This document shows, one piece after another, positions 39,905 through 48,461 of a stretch of 64,000 bases of DNA. Each line of letters opens with the position of its first letter. Positions within the stretch are counted from its first letter, which is position 1. Location: the sequence record OQ708376.1; one strand, 5' to 3'. The notes beneath the pieces were generated by a model that made no database searches, was not told where the DNA came from, and was given only the letters and a program-made list of their open reading frames with translations. The position numbers were made by a program, and so were the translations under genes. Origin of the DNA: Escherichia phage vB_EcoM_CRJP21.

Positions 39905-40753
39905 ATGGCGAATTTAAAACTACTACAAGAAGCAATTGCGGCGTTTGCAAATGGCGAACAAGATATTGCTGATAAAAAAATGCGTAAGTATTTCGTTGAG
40001 CAAGCTCAAGAAATTAACAAACAACTAGAAGAAAGCATGGAAGATGAAGACGACGATGAAGATTGTGAAGTCGAAGTTAAAGTCAAAGATGAAGAAAAGC
40101 TTGACGAAGATTTTGATGTACAACCAGACGAAGGTCTAAATGCTGAAATCGAATACACCCTTGGTGAAGAAGATGAAAGTGCAGAAGAAGAAGTTGAATT
40201 CTCTGCTGATGCAGATGGTGACGGTGAAGACGATGTTGACGTTGAAGTGAAAGCTGATGCTGATGTTCCTTCCGAAGACCAATGGGAATCAATCCAAGAT
40301 GCTTTCCGTGGCCTACAACAAATGTTTGATGAAATCGGTGACGGTGAAGTTGATCTAGATTCTGAAGAAGAAGTAGAAGATAGCGAAGAAGAAGTTGGTG
40401 TTGACGGTGACGACGAATTTGCTGATGTTGAATTCGGCGATGAAAAATTCGGTGAATCCTTCAAACTAGAAAAAGTTGCTCCAGTTGATAAGAAAGAAAA
40501 AGCTGGCACTCATTCCAAATCTCCAGTAGCACCAGAAGCTAAATCTCCAGTAGCAGGAGCAGAGCCAGTTAAATTCGCTAAGAAAACTGACCAAGCCCCA
40601 CTACTAGACCTAGATGATAAATCTGTTCTACCAAAAGATAGCCTAGATCTTGGTAAAAATGCTCGCGGTGAAATGAAAGATGTTAAAGCACCAAAAACTA
40701 CTGCATCTAATTCTAAATCACCACTAAGCAAAGCACAACCTAAACTAAAATAA
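39905..40753 (+). CDS. Hyper-acidic protein, candidate prohead core/scaffold component
   Basis: Long Asp/Glu runs (EDEDDDEDCEVEVKVKDEE..., GDGEDDVDVEV...) then Pro/Lys/Ala-rich tail; GGAGG RBS precedes the ATG at 39905 (track start 39893). Confidence 0.55.
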   Translation: MANLKLLQEAIAAFANGEQDIADKKMRKYFVEQAQEINKQLEESMEDEDDDEDCEVEVKVKDEEKLDEDFDVQPDEGLNAEIEYTLGEEDESAEEEVEFSADADGDGEDDVDVEVKADADVPSEDQWESIQDAFRGLQQMFDEIGDGEVDLDSEEEVEDSEEEVGVDGDDEFADVEFGDEKFGESFKLEKVAPVDKKEKAGTHSKSPVAPEAKSPVAGAEPVKFAKKTDQAPLLDLDDKSVLPKDSLDLGKNARGEMKDVKAPKTTASNSKSPLSKAQPKLK

Positions 40754-40773
40754 ATATCTGAAAGGAGATCATT

Positions 40774-41397
40774 ATGAGTAGTATGATTCGTGAATGGTCT
40801 TCATTCAATGATTCTAAAGTTGTTTTGGAACATCGTGATAATGGATTTGGTGGGCGTGACTGCTATCTTCGTGGTATTGCTATTCAAGCCGACCAACGAA
40901 ATTTGAACGAGAGAATTTACCCTTTATCTGAAATTACAAGGGCAGTAAATAACATGAACCAGCGTTTAGCTAAAGGTGAAAGCATTCTTGTTGAATGTGA
41001 CCATCCAGAAACACTAACTATTAACCTAGACCGTGTAGCAGCAATGATTACTAAGGTTTGGATGGAAGGTGCTAATGGTATGGCAGAAATCAAACTACTT
41101 GATACTGCACATGGTCAGAATATCCGTAAAATGCTAGAGGCTGGTGTAAAACTTGGTGTAAGTTCTCGCGGTTCCGGTAACGTTGATTATAATGGAATAG
41201 TTTCTGATTTTGAAATTATCACTATTGATATTGTTGCTCAACCTAGTGCTCCAGAAGCATACCCAACAGCGGTATTTGAATCTCTGATGAGTAAGTACGG
41301 ATCACCTTGTAATAGTTCTAAAAAAATCACTGAATCTAAAAAAGTAAATAATTTAGATTCTGAAATATACGATTTTTTCAAGAAATTAAAAGGTTAA
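40774..41397 (+). CDS. gp21: Prohead core protease, gp21-like
   Basis: Matches T4 gp21 by eye: ERIYP (RLYP), GVSSRGSG (GVSSRGLG), PSAPEAYP (PSAPDAWV). Confidence 0.8.
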   Translation: MSSMIREWSSFNDSKVVLEHRDNGFGGRDCYLRGIAIQADQRNLNERIYPLSEITRAVNNMNQRLAKGESILVECDHPETLTINLDRVAAMITKVWMEGANGMAEIKLLDTAHGQNIRKMLEAGVKLGVSSRGSGNVDYNGIVSDFEIITIDIVAQPSAPEAYPTAVFESLMSKYGSPCNSSKKITESKKVNNLDSEIYDFFKKLKG

Positions 41398-41408
41398 CAT
41401 TTTAAAAA

Positions 41409-41416
41409 TATAAATA
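41409..41416 (+). promoter_or_regulatory. T4-type late promoter motif TATAAATA
   Basis: Exact TATAAATA about 45 nt upstream of the scaffold gene start. Confidence 0.45.
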
Positions 41417-41463
41417 TCTGTATGTTGAAGTACAGATATTTCAGTACTTAAAGGAGAGAACGA

Positions 41464-42579
41464 ATGTCTAAATTAGAAAAGCTTCTAAAAGAATCATCTC
41501 TTTCTGATGAGGCAAAACAGCTAATTCAGGAAGCATGGAATGAAGAAAAGAATACACTAGCCGCAGAGATGCGTGAAGAAATGAAAGGCCGTTATCAGCA
41601 AGATTTGGCTGAACTAACCGAAGGTTTGAACACGATGGTTACTCAAGTCATTGCTGAAGAAATGGGTGCTGTATATGAAGAGAAAAAACGTCTCGTTGAA
41701 GATCGTGTAACTCTACGTAAAACACTAAGCAATTTCTCTGCGTTTTCAAACTCTGTTTTGGCTGAAGAAGTTAAACAAATGCGTAAAGAACGTAAGCATC
41801 TTCATGAATGCATGGGTAAATTCGTTAATTTTTCTAACGGTATCCTAGCAGAAGAGCTAAAAGAATTCCACACTGAAAAACGCCAACTAGTAGAAACTCG
41901 CGTTAAACTACTTGCTGAAGGTTCACGTCAAATTGCTGAAGCTCGTAATAACTTCATCAAACGTACATCTGAAAGTGCTGCTAAATATATTGCAGAAACC
42001 ACTCAGAAGAATCTATATGCGTTGAAACAAGATCTAGTGGAAGCAAAACAAAATATGTTTGGTCGTAAAATCTTTGAAGCATTTGCTCAAGAGTTTAATG
42101 TCAAACAATTTAATGAAAACTCATTGCTACGTTCCCTAACTGAATCAATTAAATCTAAAGAAGATGAAATTGCTCAAGTTAAGCAAGAACTACATGAAAC
42201 TGCTAATGCCGTTAAAGCTGCTAAAACCAAACTACGTATTATGGAAGATGCACAAGCACGTAATGCGATTATGTCTGAACTAGTAAAACCACTAACTGCA
42301 CAGCAAAAACAAATTATGGAATCCCTTCTAGCTACTTCACCTACTGAAAAGCTTAAAGAAGATTTCAGCAAGTACCATAAGTCAGTACTTAACGGTACTA
42401 AAGTAAATGAATCTGCTACCACTCGTCAAGCAGTTCAGTCTTCCGCTAAGAAAACTCTTGCAGAAGGTAAAGTAATCACTGGCAACCGTCAGGCTATTGT
42501 TGAAAGCGAAGAAATGACCGCTGACGATATGGCATTCCTAAAAGAACTCGATGTTCTTTCAGGTATCAATAAAAAATAA
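41464..42579 (+). CDS. Prohead scaffolding protein, gp22-like (coiled-coil)
   Basis: Charged, helical, repeat-rich sequence (repeated EEVKQMRKERKHL / EELKEFHTEKRQL blocks) between protease and major capsid genes. Confidence 0.6.
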   Translation: MSKLEKLLKESSLSDEAKQLIQEAWNEEKNTLAAEMREEMKGRYQQDLAELTEGLNTMVTQVIAEEMGAVYEEKKRLVEDRVTLRKTLSNFSAFSNSVLAEEVKQMRKERKHLHECMGKFVNFSNGILAEELKEFHTEKRQLVETRVKLLAEGSRQIAEARNNFIKRTSESAAKYIAETTQKNLYALKQDLVEAKQNMFGRKIFEAFAQEFNVKQFNENSLLRSLTESIKSKEDEIAQVKQELHETANAVKAAKTKLRIMEDAQARNAIMSELVKPLTAQQKQIMESLLATSPTEKLKEDFSKYHKSVLNGTKVNESATTRQAVQSSAKKTLAEGKVITGNRQAIVESEEMTADDMAFLKELDVLSGINKK

Positions 42580-42617
42580 ACATTTTAAAGCATTTTAATA
42601 ATCAAATTTTTCAGTTC

Positions 42618-42625
42618 TATAAATA
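42618..42625 (+). promoter_or_regulatory. T4-type late promoter motif TATAAATA
   Basis: Exact TATAAATA about 45 nt upstream of the major capsid gene; followed by a leader shared with the acidic-protein gene. Confidence 0.5.
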
Positions 42626-42670
42626 ATATCATACTGAAAAACGAATATAACATCTTTAAGGAGATATATA

Positions 42671-43846
42671 ATGTCACAACTACTAAATGAATCCAAATGG
42701 GTAGCAGTAAAAGAGAAACTAGTTGAAGGTCTACAGGGTACTCGTAAGTCTGTAATGGAAACTGTTCTTGATAACCATCGTAAAGTTATGCTAACTGAAT
42801 CCGCAACTTCTGGTGCAACTACCGCTGGTAACATCGCTACTCTAAACAAAGTGATTCTACCAATTATGCGTCGTGTAATGCCAACCGTTATTGCTAACGA
42901 AATCATCGGTGTTCAACCAATGACTGGTCCAGTTGGTCAGATCCACACCCTACGTGTGCAATATGCTGATAACGCACCTGGTGTTATCGCTGGTGAAGAA
43001 ATGCTTTCTCCATACAAAATCGCTAAATCCTACTCTGGTGATCTAAATGCGGATAATAGCAACCCACAAGCTGCTCCTACTAGCCAACTAGAAGGTACTA
43101 TGGGTCGTCGCGTTAACATCCGTATTCTACGTGAAACTGTTGAAGCGAAATCTCGTCGTCTATCTGCACGTTGGACTGTTGAATCTGCACAAGATGCTCA
43201 ATCCCAACATGGTGTTGACGTTGAAGCAGAACTAATGGCTGCAATCGCTCAAGAAGTTACCGTAGAAATCGACCAAGAGCTACTAAGCCGTCTACGTGCA
43301 CTACCTGGTGCTGCTGCTGTAACTTATGACCAATCTAAAGTTACTGGTGTTGCAACCTTCGTTGGTGATGAGCACGCTGCTCTAGCAACTCTAATTAACC
43401 GTCAAGCAAACGAAGTTGCTCGTCGTACTAAGCGTGGTGCTGCAAACTGGGCTGTTGTTTCCCCAACTGCACTAACCATTCTACAATCTGCTACTACTTC
43501 TAGCTTTGCACGTACCACTGAAGGTACTTTCGAAGCACCAACTAACGTTAAGTTTGTAGGTACTCTAAACAGCACTATGCGTATTTTTGTTGATACTTAT
43601 GCAAGTGATGCAGAAGATATTCTAATTGGTTATAAAGGTAATGCAGAAACTGATGCTGGTGTGTTCTATTGCCCATACATCCCACTAATGGCTTCCGGTA
43701 CTGTAATGGACCCTAACACTGGGGAATTGGTCACAACTTTCTTAACCAGGTATGGTTATGTTCAGTTGACCGATAGCACCAGTTCACTAGGTAACGCTGC
43801 GGACTACTACAGCAAAATCGCTATCAAAAACGTTACTTTCATGTAA
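42671..43846 (+). CDS. gp23: Major capsid protein, gp23-like
   Basis: Last gene of the portal-protease-scaffold module; codon usage like highly expressed genes; strong terminator after the stop; remembered T4 gp23 similarity is approximate. Confidence 0.75.
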   Translation: MSQLLNESKWVAVKEKLVEGLQGTRKSVMETVLDNHRKVMLTESATSGATTAGNIATLNKVILPIMRRVMPTVIANEIIGVQPMTGPVGQIHTLRVQYADNAPGVIAGEEMLSPYKIAKSYSGDLNADNSNPQAAPTSQLEGTMGRRVNIRILRETVEAKSRRLSARWTVESAQDAQSQHGVDVEAELMAAIAQEVTVEIDQELLSRLRALPGAAAVTYDQSKVTGVATFVGDEHAALATLINRQANEVARRTKRGAANWAVVSPTALTILQSATTSSFARTTEGTFEAPTNVKFVGTLNSTMRIFVDTYASDAEDILIGYKGNAETDAGVFYCPYIPLMASGTVMDPNTGELVTTFLTRYGYVQLTDSTSSLGNAADYYSKIAIKNVTFM

Positions 43847-43887
43847 TTGTAATAGATTTAAAAGATTTAATCAAAAAAAATAAAAAC

Positions 43888-43919
43888 AATAGGGACTCTT
43901 CGGAGTCCCTTTTCTTTTT
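43888..43919 (+). terminator. Rho-independent terminator
   Basis: Stem GGGACTC / GAGTCCC with TTCG loop, followed by a T-run. Confidence 0.8.
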
Positions 43920-43931
43920 ATTAAAAAACCC

Positions 43932-43960
43932 TTGACACAATGTTCTGGAATGTATATAAT
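43932..43960 (+). promoter_or_regulatory. Consensus sigma70-type promoter TTGACA-17-TATAAT
   Basis: TTGACA at 43932-43937, exactly 17-bp spacer, TATAAT at 43955-43960; about 30 nt upstream of the 43993 ORF. Confidence 0.65.
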
Positions 43961-43992
43961 ACGCACATACACGAAAATAAAGAGACAAAATT

Positions 43993-45090
43993 ATGCCAAA
44001 CGTAAGTATCACCAAAGAAGAGTTTATCAGCAAAATGACTGCTAAGTATGGTGAATTTGATTTCAGTACTTTAGTATTCAAAGCAAGTAAGACAACAGTG
44101 AAATGTAACAAGTGTGGAAAAGAAAACACCAAACCTGCACTTCGTCACATTGCATGTACATGTGCATCATGTTATTCAAACATGTCACAACGTTCAAACA
44201 ACGACACATTCATCAGTACTGTAGAAACTAAATTTGGAAAAGATAAATTCAAATTTGATAAACTAAATTACACTAATGCTATATCAAAAGTAACAATTTT
44301 CTGCACAGATGAAGATCACAATGATTACTTTGAAATTACACCCAATAAATTTCTTTCTGGTAAAGGATGCCCCGTATGTAATAAAAATGAAGCATACAGT
44401 ACTGAAGAGTTCAAAGAAAAAGTAAAAGATAATTATGGTGATTTATTGGATTTAACTAACACGGTGTATGTAAATCAAAAAACTAAAGTAACTGTGTATT
44501 GTAACGCAGGTAATCATGAATGGACAGTTGATCCAAAAACTTTACTTGTTGGTAAGACTGGATGTGGTACATGCTCCGGTAAAGGCGGTCGAAGTACTGA
44601 ACGTTTCATTGAACTTGTGTCGCCTATCCATAACCATAAGTATGATTATAGCTTGGTGGATTACAAGACTAGTGATGAACATGTGGATATTATTTGTCCT
44701 GAACATGGTGTCTTTAAACAAATACCCAAATCTCATATGGCAGGAAGAGGATGTCCATCATGTGGTGAGTATGGTTATCAACCATCAAAGCCTGGATATT
44801 TCTATGTACAAAAACTATCTAATAACTCAAAAGTCGTTTACAAATACGGAATTACCGGAGACATGAAGAGACGAATTCATGAACAAAGTCGCAATTCTGA
44901 GTTCGAGCATGAAGTACTGGTAGAACGTTACTTTGAGGATGGTAATAAACCATTATTATTGGAAAAGTTTATCAAGCAATACATTGAAAGTGGTGTTGTA
45001 AGTACTGAAGAGTTACCGTCAGGATTTACTGAAACATTTGATGCTAAGTATCTTGAAAGTGTTTTAGAAATTGTAAATACTTTTAAGTAA
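43993..45090 (+). CDS. Multi-zinc-ribbon protein with C-terminal T5orf172 / GIY-YIG-like domain
   Basis: Repeated CxxC pairs (CNKCG, CTCASC, CPVCN, GCGTCSG, CPSCG), then GYFYV...YKYGIT...R...E...SGFTETF resembling the T5orf172 fold. Confidence 0.55.
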   Translation: MPNVSITKEEFISKMTAKYGEFDFSTLVFKASKTTVKCNKCGKENTKPALRHIACTCASCYSNMSQRSNNDTFISTVETKFGKDKFKFDKLNYTNAISKVTIFCTDEDHNDYFEITPNKFLSGKGCPVCNKNEAYSTEEFKEKVKDNYGDLLDLTNTVYVNQKTKVTVYCNAGNHEWTVDPKTLLVGKTGCGTCSGKGGRSTERFIELVSPIHNHKYDYSLVDYKTSDEHVDIICPEHGVFKQIPKSHMAGRGCPSCGEYGYQPSKPGYFYVQKLSNNSKVVYKYGITGDMKRRIHEQSRNSEFEHEVLVERYFEDGNKPLLLEKFIKQYIESGVVSTEELPSGFTETFDAKYLESVLEIVNTFK

Positions 45091-45104
45091 ACAATCTAAA
45101 GGAG

Positions 45105-45464
45105 TTGACACGGATGTTAACTGTATACAAATTTAACAAAGAAGAGTACTTAAAGAGTCAGTACTCAAATATAGAAATAAATGTTCCTTATGGTACGTTA
45201 GTTGGATATGATGAAGCCACTGAAACATTGTATTATAATGATGATAGATTGGATTATAGTTTAGATTCTTTTATAGAAGATATACTAAACACACATACTG
45301 AAGATATGTTATATGAAGAATACATAGATCATTATAGGGAACGTATGTCACAATTACACTCAGACGCTCCAGTACTAAACATTACACAAGAACCTTCTGA
45401 ATTTCAGCCCCATAATCCTTTTCAACGTTTAATAGATATTGGTTTGAAATTCACTATTAGTTGA
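45105..45464 (+). CDS. Hypothetical protein (119 aa)
   Basis: ORF with SD-like GGAG upstream; Tyr/Glu/Asp-rich; no motif. Confidence 0.4.
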   Translation: MTRMLTVYKFNKEEYLKSQYSNIEINVPYGTLVGYDEATETLYYNDDRLDYSLDSFIEDILNTHTEDMLYEEYIDHYRERMSQLHSDAPVLNITQEPSEFQPHNPFQRLIDIGLKFTIS

Positions 45465-45503
45465 TAGATAAATATCTCCATATTAATGATGGAGATTGAA
45501 TCT

Positions 45504-45812
45504 ATGTCACAGATATGTTATGTTATAATAAATTCTGCATGGCCTGAGTATGTTAAAATTGGTTTTACTTCAAAATCAGAAATGACAGAACGTCTAAGAA
45601 CGTATCAGACTGCTACACCATTTCGTGACTTTGAAGTATATCATGAAGTTCATTTTGATGATGCACGTTTGGCTGAAAAAGAAATACATAAAAGGCTTAA
45701 GCAGATGAATGCAACTAGACAACCCAATACCGAGTGGTTTAAAATGTCTAAAAAGATAGCAGCCAACATTATTGATTCCGTATGGGATGATATGGATAAC
45801 GACTTGCTATAG
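45504..45812 (+). CDS. T5orf172 domain protein (GIY-YIG superfamily)
   Basis: CYVIIN...YVKIGFT...R...ELH...TEWF matches the T5orf172 signature; ATG at 45504 has a GGAG RBS (track start 45486). Confidence 0.7.
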   Translation: MSQICYVIINSAWPEYVKIGFTSKSEMTERLRTYQTATPFRDFEVYHEVHFDDARLAEKEIHKRLKQMNATRQPNTEWFKMSKKIAANIIDSVWDDMDNDLL

Positions 45813-45852
45813 GAATAAATATAGTATATATTAATCATAAAGGGATTTATAC

Positions 45853-47463
45853 ATGAGCATAAGTTTTAATAACCCATTGGATACAATGACCAGTACTGGT
45901 GCTAATGGATCTTTAGAACTAATAGTGCTTGGTGGTACACCAACTAACCCAAGACCTATTCGTTTTAACTCGTCATCAGTTATCATACCAGTACAAACTT
46001 TACCAACTGGTGAACAAGGTGCAATGGTCTTTGATAGAAACGAGTTAGTTTTGAAGTATCATAACGGTACTAGTTGGATTGCAGTATACGATACTGATAC
46101 CATTTTAGAACCAATTAGAATTTCACTTGATGAAGTAAATAGAAAACTAAATTTAAAAGTAGAAAGTGTAACTTATAGTAGTAGTACTGTTCCTAGTGCA
46201 AGTATTAGTGGAACAAACTTAAACATTGTATTCCCTACTGCTTCTAGTGGTGGTTCTGGTCCAACTGGTCTTTACACTTCACTTAAACCTGGTGCTATTA
46301 CACAATATTCATTGACTTCTGGTCAATCTGTTGCTAGTATACGTGAACAAATGTCAGGACAATCGAATGGACAAAGTGGGAGAAACGGTTCACAAGGTGC
46401 TCCGTGGAAAACGTCTGACGGTTGGTGTTTTGCTGATGGTATGTGGTGGCAATGGGAGGGGGAAAATGGTACAATTACCAAACAAGTACCAAACCTTAAC
46501 CAAAACGCGTACTTAAAAGGGATATCCACATCAGGTGTAACTAAAACTGATAGTGTTATTGGTAGTAGCGGTAATATTAGCGGCACAGTATTAAGTGTTG
46601 CCCAATTACCATCACACTCATTTAGTTTTAGTGGGACCACAGGGGCTGCTGGTCGTCATGGTCATAGTCAAGCACTAAAAGGTATGGACCGTAGTGGTCT
46701 AAATGCGTTAACTTCAAGTAATGATAACGGTATACCAACTGTAATCAATAACATTAACGAAGCACCAGACCACATTCACTCATTTAGTGGAAACACTAAC
46801 ACACTTGGTGGAAACCAACCACACTATCATGGTATTAGTAACATTGATGTGGAACACTTTAACGTTGCATATCTATATAACATTGCTGAATCTAACGTCG
46901 CATTGAGTGAAAAAGTTGCAAACACTCGTTATGTACTAAAAACTGGTGATACAATGACTGGTTCATTGACTATTGCAAACAGTGCGTCAATTAAGTCAAA
47001 TGATACATCATTAGTTCTATATTTCCGTAACGCAAGCGGTGGTGAGCGTGCGGCAGTGTATCATAACTCTTCAAATAATACATTGAGATTACGTTCCGGT
47101 GGAGCAGAAGTTACTGTAAACTCTTCTGGTACGTTAGCTGCTCCATCATTAACTGTTTCTAACAACTCAGCTACTGTTGGTGGTAAAAATATTGTTCGTT
47201 CAATTAACGGTACTGCTGCTGATGCTAGTGGCAACGTTACTTTGCAAATTAGTACTAATAACGTACAAAGTATTCGTTTGAGTGCACGTATTGAAACAAG
47301 TAAAATACCTGATTCTTCATGGACATATACACCAGAAGGTGCATTTATGGATGGCGTATGGATTTCTGTTAATGGTAGTTCAGGCACTCACTTAGAACGA
47401 ATTAGTTATCGCTATGTTCAAATGCAAATAAATGGTAACTGGGAAACAGTACGTCAACAATAA
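45853..47463 (+). CDS. Tail fibre protein with HxH metal-binding motifs
   Basis: Gly/Ser/Thr/Asn-rich fibre-like sequence with HGH, HIH and HYH motifs like the T4 gp37/gp12 tip; followed by a Tfa-type chaperone gene. Confidence 0.6.
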   Translation: MSISFNNPLDTMTSTGANGSLELIVLGGTPTNPRPIRFNSSSVIIPVQTLPTGEQGAMVFDRNELVLKYHNGTSWIAVYDTDTILEPIRISLDEVNRKLNLKVESVTYSSSTVPSASISGTNLNIVFPTASSGGSGPTGLYTSLKPGAITQYSLTSGQSVASIREQMSGQSNGQSGRNGSQGAPWKTSDGWCFADGMWWQWEGENGTITKQVPNLNQNAYLKGISTSGVTKTDSVIGSSGNISGTVLSVAQLPSHSFSFSGTTGAAGRHGHSQALKGMDRSGLNALTSSNDNGIPTVINNINEAPDHIHSFSGNTNTLGGNQPHYHGISNIDVEHFNVAYLYNIAESNVALSEKVANTRYVLKTGDTMTGSLTIANSASIKSNDTSLVLYFRNASGGERAAVYHNSSNNTLRLRSGGAEVTVNSSGTLAAPSLTVSNNSATVGGKNIVRSINGTAADASGNVTLQISTNNVQSIRLSARIETSKIPDSSWTYTPEGAFMDGVWISVNGSSGTHLERISYRYVQMQINGNWETVRQQ

Positions 47464-47473
47464 GGAATGTGTA

Positions 47474-47989
47474 ATGCAACTAACAAATTTTAAGATGTAT
47501 GAAAAAGAAGGTGGTAATCCTAATTCTTTGTATATGATGTCCGATGAAGGTATGGATTGGTATGAATCTCGTGAATTGTTTGACATTAATAAAGCAAAAT
47601 TTATGTATGATACTAATGGTTTAATTGTTTCAGCATCATATAACATTTATGATCTAGTACCTTTAGGTTTTAGTGTTTCTGAAATTGAATATGATGGTGA
47701 TATTAACAAACTTTATGGTATGGTTTACGATGGAAATACTATTCATGACTATATTGAAACTAAAGAAGAAAAAATTGAACGCCTAAAAAATGAATTATCT
47801 AATTTGAAATACATTGCAATTCAAGAACTTGGACACTTAAAAACTGCTATGGATCTTGAGTTAGCAACTGATGAAGAAGCTGTATTGTTTGTAAAATTGA
47901 AAGATTATGTAACGCAATTGAATTCAATCAAACCAGCAGACATGATCAAGAAAACATTTTCATTTCCAGTTAAACCGGAAAAAAAATGA
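47474..47989 (+). CDS. Tail fibre assembly chaperone (Tfa-like)
   Basis: C-terminal DLELATDEEAVLFVKLKDYVTQLNSIKP resembles lambda Tfa [27 protein letters not shown]; AAGGA RBS before ATG at 47474 (track start 47432 overlaps the fibre gene). Confidence 0.65.
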   Translation: MQLTNFKMYEKEGGNPNSLYMMSDEGMDWYESRELFDINKAKFMYDTNGLIVSASYNIYDLVPLGFSVSEIEYDGDINKLYGMVYDGNTIHDYIETKEEKIERLKNELSNLKYIAIQELGHLKTAMDLELATDEEAVLFVKLKDYVTQLNSIKPADMIKKTFSFPVKPEKK

Positions 47990-48017
47990 GACAACACGTA
48001 AAGACGTGATACAATTA

Positions 48018-48055
48018 AGTCATCTCACCGATTGTGGTGAGGTGACATTTTTTTG
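48018..48055 (+). terminator. Rho-independent terminator
   Basis: Stem TCATCTCACC / GGTGAGGTGA (one mismatch), loop GATTGT, then a 7-T run. Confidence 0.6.
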
Positions 48056-48079
48056 AAAACACACATGGAGAAATACAAA

Positions 48080-48382
48080 ATGGCTAAATCTAAAAAAGAA
48101 GTTAAAGTTGAAATTCGTGATCTAAACGATGAACAACGTAAACGTCTCGGCGATGCACTTAACAACATTGTTGTACAACTAACTTTCATTGATGATACCA
48201 AAGCATCCTTATCTGATTTTGTTTCTAGTGTTTCTGATGAACTTGGTATCGATGCATCTGATATCAAACAAGCTGCACAACGTATGTACAAAGGTGATTA
48301 CTTTGACAAACAAAATAAACTCGATAATATCGAAACTATTCTTAGTGTTACTAATAATCTTCCACAAGCAGATGATTACTAA
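48080..48382 (+). CDS. Hypothetical small protein
   Basis: ORF with GGAG RBS before ATG at 48080 (track start 48053 overlaps the terminator); no motif. Confidence 0.4.
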   Translation: MAKSKKEVKVEIRDLNDEQRKRLGDALNNIVVQLTFIDDTKASLSDFVSSVSDELGIDASDIKQAAQRMYKGDYFDKQNKLDNIETILSVTNNLPQADDY

Positions 48383-48403
48383 TTAGTACTAAAATATATT
48401 AAA

Positions 48404-48431
48404 TAGCCTCCAATGACGGAGGCTTTCTTTT
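48404..48431 (+). terminator. Rho-independent terminator
   Basis: Stem GCCTCC / GGAGGC, loop AATGAC, followed by TTTCTTTTT. Confidence 0.7.
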
Positions 48432-48461
48432 TAACTTAATAAACGTAAGGGAATACAAACG

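Noticed and set aside
40006-40731. Minus-strand ORFs (40006..40509, 40083..40292, 40510..40731) encoding Ser-rich or His/Leu/Gln-rich peptides
   Set aside because: They are the reverse complement of the GAA/GAT-rich acidic-protein gene, a compositional artefact of its repetitive codons.
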